Assembly: GCA_965226495.1 (NCBI GenBank)
Contig: OZ245365.1
Coordinates: 832,001-896,000, forward strand
Direction: 5' to 3'
DNA: 64,000 nt
Source: Candidatus Marinacidobacterales bacterium
GTDB lineage: Bacteria > Acidobacteriota > Vicinamibacteria > Marinacidobacterales > DATDRI01
In this document: piece by piece, positions 58,713-64,000 of the stretch
Numbering within the stretch: position 1 is the first letter of the stretch
How the letters are laid out: the number at the start of each line of letters is the position of its first letter
Position numbers and translations under genes: made by a program
The notes under the pieces: model-generated
Seen by the model: only the letters and a program-made list of their open reading frames with translations
What the model was told of the DNA's origin: nothing
Databases searched by the model: none

Positions 58713-59468
58713 ATGTATCAAGCGGTTATTTTCGATCTGGATGGAACGCTGGTGCAAACGGAGAAGCTCAAGGCGACTTCTTATGCACGAGCGGCCGTCG
58801 AGCTTTGCCCTCGGAGCTCCCGTAATATTGACGAGGATGAGGTTATCGAAGCCTTCAAGGAGGTCGTCGGGAGCTCTCGACAAGAGGTGTCCCAGTTCTT
58901 GCTCGACCGGTTCGAATTGGAGAAAGCCGCCGGGTCTCTGATGAATGAGTTCGGCGTGACCACACCCTGGCAAGCATTCGCTCAAGTGCGTCTCCGAATC
59001 TACGACAAGATGTTGGCCGATCCGCAGGTATTGGTGGACCACCAATGGCCACATAACTTGGATCTCCTCCATGACGCGCGGAAAAGCAAATGCCGCACCG
59101 GCCTGGCCACGATGTCCCATTGCGCGCAGGCGCGACGTGTTCTTAGAGTCTTGAACCTTACCAACGAATTCGACTTCGTGGCTACTCGAGACGACGTCGA
59201 GCATCCCAAACCGCATCCTGAGATCTATTTCTTGGTAGCCCGCGCGCTCCAGGTTCTTCCAGGCGAATGCCTGGTCATCGAGGACTCTCCGGCCGGCGTG
59301 CAGGCGGCGAAATCTGCTGGCATGGGGGTCATCGCCGTGACCACGCCGTTTACGCGACAGGCCTTCAAAGAGCGCGACATACTGGCCAGCCGCTTCGTCG
59401 TTGACGAGCCTAGCAAACTACCTGAGACCCTAAGAGAATGTATCAAAGCCCACCAGTCGCCGAGCTAG
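58713..59468 (+). CDS. HAD-superfamily phosphatase (beta-PGM/CbbY-like)
   Basis: IFDLDGTL, KPHPEIY, IEDSPAG. Confidence 0.9.
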   Translation: MYQAVIFDLDGTLVQTEKLKATSYARAAVELCPRSSRNIDEDEVIEAFKEVVGSSRQEVSQFLLDRFELEKAAGSLMNEFGVTTPWQAFAQVRLRIYDKMLADPQVLVDHQWPHNLDLLHDARKSKCRTGLATMSHCAQARRVLRVLNLTNEFDFVATRDDVEHPKPHPEIYFLVARALQVLPGECLVIEDSPAGVQAAKSAGMGVIAVTTPFTRQAFKERDILASRFVVDEPSKLPETLRECIKAHQSPS

Positions 59469-59482
59469 GGGAGGAGCCCTAA

Positions 59483-60925
59483 ATGGCGGAATCGACGAGT
59501 ATTATCATCTTTGGAGCTTCCGGTGACTTGACGCGGCGCAAGCTCGTGCCGGCGCTCTACAACCAGTTTCGCAAGGGTCGTCTTCCGAAGAACCTCCGAA
59601 TCGTGGGTTTCGCGCGACGCGATTATAGTCATGAGAAGTTCAGGGAGCTCATGGAGGCGGCGATCAAGGAATTTACGCCCGATGGGTACGATGAATCCGC
59701 CTGGAACGAGTTCGCTCCGAGCCTTTTTTACGTGCGCGGCAACGTCAATGAGCCGCTGTCGGGATTGGACGAATTTCTTCGCGAGAGGGAGAGCCAACAC
59801 TGCAATCGACTCTACTATCTGTCGATCGCCCCGCAGTTCTACCAGCCACTGGTGGAGCAATTGGGCTCGTCGGGAATGGGCCGCGAAGAACAAGGATGGC
59901 GCCGCATCATCGTGGAGAAGCCCTTCGGCCACGACCTCGCTTCCGCCCAGTCACTCAACCGCGCCCTCCACGCGGTTTTCGAAGAACATCAAATTTTCCG
60001 TATCGACCACTATCTCGGTAAAGAGACTTCTCAGAACATTCTCTTCTTCCGTTTCGCGAACACGGTCTTCGAGCCGATCTGGAACCGCAACTACGTCGAT
60101 CATGTTCAGTTGACGGTCGCCGAGAGCGTGGATGTGGGGCACCGCGCGGCCTTCTACGATGCAACCGGGGTGGTTCGGGACATGTTTCAGAACCATCTAC
60201 TCCAGTTGCTGACGCTCGTCACGATGGAGCCGCCGGCGTCGTTCCGTGCCGATGAAGTGCGGAACGAGAAGGCCAAGGTTCTTTCGGCGATCCGTGCGAT
60301 TCCAGGCCCCGAAATCATCGAGGAAACGGTCCGCGGGCAGTATCGAGGCTACTGCGATGCCGAAGGAGCCGCGCCCGGCTCTCAAACCGAGACCTACGCG
60401 GCGATGAGACTCTTCATCGACAATTGGCGTTGGCAAGGTGTTCCGTTTTATCTACGTTCTGGCAAAGCGCTTACCACGAAGACCTCCGAGATCATCATCC
60501 AGTTCCGCCGCCCGCCGCATAACATGTTTTCCATGGAGCCTGGGTCGTCGATCCGTCCCAACTATCTGGCGCTCTTCATTCAACCGGACGAGGGCATGCA
60601 CCTTCGCTTCGAAGCCAAAGTGCCGGACACGGTCGCAGAGATGCGGGCCGTCGACATGGAGTTCCATTATGCCGATGACTTCGGTAAAGACTCCATCCCC
60701 GAAGCCTACGAACGTCTGTTGCTCGACGCGTTACAAGGCGACGCATCCTTGTTCACGAGGAGTGACGCCATCGAAATCTCTTGGAAGCTCATCGATCCCA
60801 TTCTTCAGGAATGGGTGGAGTCGGGAAAACCTCCCCTCTCCATCTACGAGCGCGGGAGTTGGGGCCCCACCGAGGCGGATGAGCTTCTCGACAGAGACGG
60901 CCGCTGCTGGTTGCGCGGCTGTTGA
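59483..60925 (+). CDS. zwf: glucose-6-phosphate 1-dehydrogenase
   Basis: GASGDL, EKPFG, RIDHYLGKE, RDMFQNH, WQGVPFYLRSGK. Confidence 0.97.
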   Translation: MAESTSIIIFGASGDLTRRKLVPALYNQFRKGRLPKNLRIVGFARRDYSHEKFRELMEAAIKEFTPDGYDESAWNEFAPSLFYVRGNVNEPLSGLDEFLRERESQHCNRLYYLSIAPQFYQPLVEQLGSSGMGREEQGWRRIIVEKPFGHDLASAQSLNRALHAVFEEHQIFRIDHYLGKETSQNILFFRFANTVFEPIWNRNYVDHVQLTVAESVDVGHRAAFYDATGVVRDMFQNHLLQLLTLVTMEPPASFRADEVRNEKAKVLSAIRAIPGPEIIEETVRGQYRGYCDAEGAAPGSQTETYAAMRLFIDNWRWQGVPFYLRSGKALTTKTSEIIIQFRRPPHNMFSMEPGSSIRPNYLALFIQPDEGMHLRFEAKVPDTVAEMRAVDMEFHYADDFGKDSIPEAYERLLLDALQGDASLFTRSDAIEISWKLIDPILQEWVESGKPPLSIYERGSWGPTEADELLDRDGRCWLRGC

Positions 60926-60989
60926 ACGGGGTTAGCAGGGCGTCTGGAGGGAAAAAGGGGAGCTCTGGCCCCTACCGAGGCGGATGAGA

Positions 60990-61225
60990 CCACTCGGTCA
61001 TTGCCAATTTTTCTGCCGCGCCCAGTCGATGATGTAATCCGAAGCGACCTCGCCCTGTTCGTCCTGCCAGAAGTGGCTCGCCTCGAAAAGACCAAGTGGG
61101 ATTGCCATGAAGCACTAGTACGACCGGGCCCTTCCCTTCGTCGACGTAGTGCACTACCGCTCCACTGTCGGTCTCAAGAAGTGGTTCTCAAATGGAAACA
61201 GTTCTTTGTCTACCTCAAACTTCAT
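60990..61225 (-). pseudogene. haloalkane-dehalogenase-like alpha/beta hydrolase with a large internal deletion
   Basis: [38 protein letters not shown] is joined to C-terminal [11 protein letters not shown]...; frameshifted. Confidence 0.7.
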
Positions 61226-61248
61226 TAGCCTTCCCGCCTTGCTCAAGT

Positions 61249-61794
61249 TCAGGTGGTGACGCGGAGTGGGGCCGGAGGCGCGACCTGGTCTATCCTGCCG
61301 GTTTCTACGTCGTAGACGAGGCCGGTGACGATGAGTGCGTCTGGTGTTCCAGGTGTGTGGCGGAGTCGCTCGAGATCGGCTTGCACCGTCCGGGCGGGGT
61401 CGGTGACCGCCATCGCCGCGACCTCGTCGTCACTCAGGCTGAGCCGTTTCGCCACCTGTTGCCGGAAGGGCGGCTTGGCGAGGCGCCCCATTCCGCAGTC
61501 GGTGTGGTGGATAACGACGAGCTGCAGCTGCCCGGCGCCAGGTCCCGGCAAGTTGGCGGCGAGAACGCTGAGGACAGCGAGGTCTCCCATCACGGCAGGG
61601 GTGATTCTGCCGCCAGCGTTGCGGATAACGACTGCGTCGCCGAGCCCGAGGCCCAAGACATGTGCAGGGTCGACGCGGGCGTCGAGGCAGGTCACGATAA
61701 TCGCCGACAGGCGGGGTCGAATGTTGAGCTCTCTACCCTCGAACTGCTCGGCAAAGCTCCGGTTGCGATCCAGTAGTGTTTCGAGGTCCGTCAT
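61249..61794 (-). CDS. beta-class carbonic anhydrase
   Basis: TCLDARVDP, RNAGG, HHTDCG, GLVYDVETG. Confidence 0.9.
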   Translation of the reverse strand: MTDLETLLDRNRSFAEQFEGRELNIRPRLSAIIVTCLDARVDPAHVLGLGLGDAVVIRNAGGRITPAVMGDLAVLSVLAANLPGPGAGQLQLVVIHHTDCGMGRLAKPPFRQQVAKRLSLSDDEVAAMAVTDPARTVQADLERLRHTPGTPDALIVTGLVYDVETGRIDQVAPPAPLRVTT

Positions 61795-62009
61795 CTCTTT
61801 CCGTCCCTTTCTTGATGCGGTTGAACCGCACGCTAGCTTGATCGTTTGTAGGATGTCAACGGTCCGGGTCCACCCGAGGCGGATGAGCTTCTCGCTAAAG
61901 TCGGCCGCTGCTGGTTGCGGGGATGTTGATCGAGAGTCGCGCCGGTTAGAGACTCCAGAAATCAGCAGGGCTAAGCCACCACAAAACGCCCAATCCAACA
62001 CCGCGTGCG

Positions 62010-63092
62010 TCAGACGGGGACGGGGCCGCTCTGGACCTTCACGACCTTCGCGACAAAGGGTGAGGTCATAGCGCGGAGGAGCGCGCTGTAGTTGAGCTGG
62101 AATGTGACCTCGGCGCCGACGGACAAGGGGGAGTGGCTGGAGTCCGCGACGAGGTGGTCGCTGCTGGCCCCGAGAATCTCGATTCCGGGAGGCGGGTGGA
62201 GGCCGCACGGATCGGTGTCCTGGCGTCCAACGGCGAGGATCGTCTGCGAGACGTTGCCCCGATCGGTGGCGGGCGGCTTCTCCCCAAAGGCGGTTTGTGC
62301 GATCTCGCCCCAGGGCTGTGATGGCTTGACCTTCGACTCGATCACTTCGGCGATGAGCTGGATGGCGTCGGTGTGCAGCCCGTCGATCGGTTGACGATGG
62401 AGGGTCTCCCGACCGAGCAATAGCGATTCACCTAAGCGGAGATTGTTGATCCGCCCGGTGTCCGCGCCGCTAAGTGCCCATTGAAGGTTGCCGGAGTTGC
62501 CCCCGGAGACGATGCCGAGCATTGGGCCGAACGTCGCGTCGATCGAATCGGCCAAGGCGGACAACTCCGCCATGTTCTTGGCGTCGGGTGACACTCCGCT
62601 CTGGCAGGCGAGGTTGGTGCCGATGCCTTTGAGCTCGATGTTCGGGAAGCGAAGCGTTTCGCGCACGGTTTTCTCGAGGTCGCCGGGCATGATGCCTTCG
62701 CGGAGGTCTCCAAGTTCGACCATGAGCACGATCCCGTGCGTCCGACTCGCAGCCTGCGCGGCCGACGAGAGCTTGCTGATGACATCGAGCTCGGTGTTGA
62801 AGCTCACGTCGGCGTGCGTTACCACCCGTTCCGCCTGACTGAGCATCGGCGAGCGGATGAGTGTCATCGCTGCCGGTACGCGCGAACGGCGCATCCCTTC
62901 GATGTTCTCGATGCGTGAGTCGCCGAGCGCACTCACGCCTGCCCGGAGCAACGTGCCGGCGATCTCGGGGGAGCCGAGGAACGCCTTCGTCACGCCCGTG
63001 ACGGAGATGCCACGATCGGCTAGCCGTTCGACCAGTGTTCGGGCGTTGTGGTGGATCTTGTCGAGGTCGATCTCTAATCGCGGCGCGGTCAC
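62010..63092 (-). CDS. alanine/ornithine racemase-family PLP enzyme
   Basis: GVTKA, GDSRIENI, MVELGDLREG, SGGNS, LRLGES, GASSDH; GTG overlaps the upstream stop. Confidence 0.88.
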   Translation of the reverse strand: MTAPRLEIDLDKIHHNARTLVERLADRGISVTGVTKAFLGSPEIAGTLLRAGVSALGDSRIENIEGMRRSRVPAAMTLIRSPMLSQAERVVTHADVSFNTELDVISKLSSAAQAASRTHGIVLMVELGDLREGIMPGDLEKTVRETLRFPNIELKGIGTNLACQSGVSPDAKNMAELSALADSIDATFGPMLGIVSGGNSGNLQWALSGADTGRINNLRLGESLLLGRETLHRQPIDGLHTDAIQLIAEVIESKVKPSQPWGEIAQTAFGEKPPATDRGNVSQTILAVGRQDTDPCGLHPPPGIEILGASSDHLVADSSHSPLSVGAEVTFQLNYSALLRAMTSPFVAKVVKVQSGPVPV

Positions 63093-64000
63093 CGTGCGCC
63101 GTCGGTCAGTTTCTCCTCGAGTTCCGGGAACGCCGCAAGGATCATCTCCACCAGACGTTCGGGTGAGCGGGTCAGCGCATCGGTGGCGGGGATGCCGAGT
63201 TCGCACTCATACAGCGTGATGGCCGCGTCGACCTCAGCCTCGGTCATGTTCTCGTGGTTGATTGTGAGGCCGATGACTTTCGTGTCGGAGAAGGTCTGGA
63301 TGAGGTTGATCTCGGTGGCCGGTGTCGGCATCGCCATCTGTTCGAAGTCGCAGCGATGGGTCCGTCCCGGTGCGTGCTGCAGCACGACGGCGTCGGGGCG
63401 GCTGCCTCGGAGGACCAAGGCAGAGGTCGAGTAGGCGGGGTGACTCAGTGCGCCCTGGCCTTCAATGATGATCACGTCGGGCTTCTCGCCTTCGAACGCT
63501 TCGATGATGGTGGCTTCCAACTCACCCGAGCAGAACTGCGACGGGACGGCATCGAGCGCAACGCCGTAGCGGGCTCCTTGGATCAGGCCGGTCTGGCCGG
63601 TCCCGACGAGAACCGCTTTCACTCCGCGATCGTTGAGGGCGCGGGTGAGGATGGTGGCGGTGGTGCGTTTGCCAATGGCGCAGTCGGTGCCGAGCACGGT
63701 GATTCGTGGGCATGTGACCTGGGTGATGCGATCGCTGAAGCTCCGTAGGTCCTTCTTGGCGCGGGGTCTTCGGACGTCGAGGATCTCTACGTTGCTCGCT
63801 GCGCTCGCCGCTACGAACTCGGGGTCGTCGTTCAAGAACTCATGGAGACCGTTCACGACGTTCATCCCGCGACGTAAGGCCTCGAGGACGAGGCCCCGCT
63901 CGGACTTCGACAACATGCCACTCGCCGGCGCCATCCCGAAGATGAAGTAATCGGGTACACCTCCAGCGTGCGCCAGTGCGTCGTCGAGGTCGCGGCAGAT
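63089..64000 (-). CDS. DUF1611 domain protein (DgcN-like), 5' end outside the window
   Basis: NGLHEFL, GTDCAIGKRTT, TGQTG, EGQGAL.HPAY. Confidence 0.88.
   Translation of the reverse strand: MCRDLDDALAHAGGVPDYFIFGMAPASGMLSKSERGLVLEALRRGMNVVNGLHEFLNDDPEFVAASAASNVEILDVRRPRAKKDLRSFSDRITQVTCPRITVLGTDCAIGKRTTATILTRALNDRGVKAVLVGTGQTGLIQGARYGVALDAVPSQFCSGELEATIIEAFEGEKPDVIIIEGQGALSHPAYSTSALVLRGSRPDAVVLQHAPGRTHRCDFEQMAMPTPATEINLIQTFSDTKVIGLTINHENMTEAEVDAAITLYECELGIPATDALTRSPERLVEMILAAFPELEEKLTDGAR

Larger units (their letters stand above)
60870..61929 (+). repeat. three copies of the zwf 3' end (60870-60925, ~60958-60988, 61874-61929)
   Basis: All share CCGAGGCGGATGAG; copy 3 matches 50/56 nt ungapped and ends at the same TGTTGA. 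Confidence 0.8.

Noticed and set aside
1-64000. CRISPR array, tRNA or rRNA genes
   Set aside because: No regularly spaced repeats, cloverleaf signatures or rRNA-like tracts were seen by eye.
1-64000. Numerous overlapping antisense and alternate-frame ORFs in the track (e.g. 10496..11308, 27006..27875, 50405..51262)
   Set aside because: They are shadows of well-supported genes in high-GC DNA and have no family motifs.

Overview
A ~60% GC chromosomal segment whose gene content (Ser/Thr kinase-TPR, DUF5916, GT39 transferase, Thr-type sulfatase, TesA/YbbAP, peptidases) suggests an Acidobacteriota-like environmental bacterium. That taxonomy is inferred from gene content only. Most of the window is ordinary metabolic and envelope genes. 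A decayed accessory patch at ~2.3-11.8 kb holds an integron-type gene cassette bounded by two attC sites (no integrase in the window), an IS30 element, a BrnT/BrnA-type toxin-antitoxin pair, truncated M55-peptidase, SDR and modB remnants, a degenerate PilB paralog and a partial arsC duplicate. The main hidden signals are: (1) a probable selenoprotein at 11796-13127 that the ORF track splits in two (in-frame UGA in a WASW-U-AG-C redoxin motif with a SECIS-like hairpin, then a TPR-like segment and a DsbD-N-like domain); (2) a queuosine-salvage hydrolase (Qng1 family) with a twin-arginine-like leader; (3) a cytoplasmic-type reductive dehalogenase lacking RdhB; (4) a kinase plus secreted-protein pair lying between apbE and nqrM; (5) an unannotated 23-aa membrane peptide coupled to a bactofilin and a methyltransferase-like gene; (6) three copies of the zwf 3' end, suggesting an integration hotspot. 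Several homopolymer frameshifts and local duplications look like long-read or assembly errors, so pseudogene calls need read-level checks. I found no rRNA, tRNA or CRISPR array.
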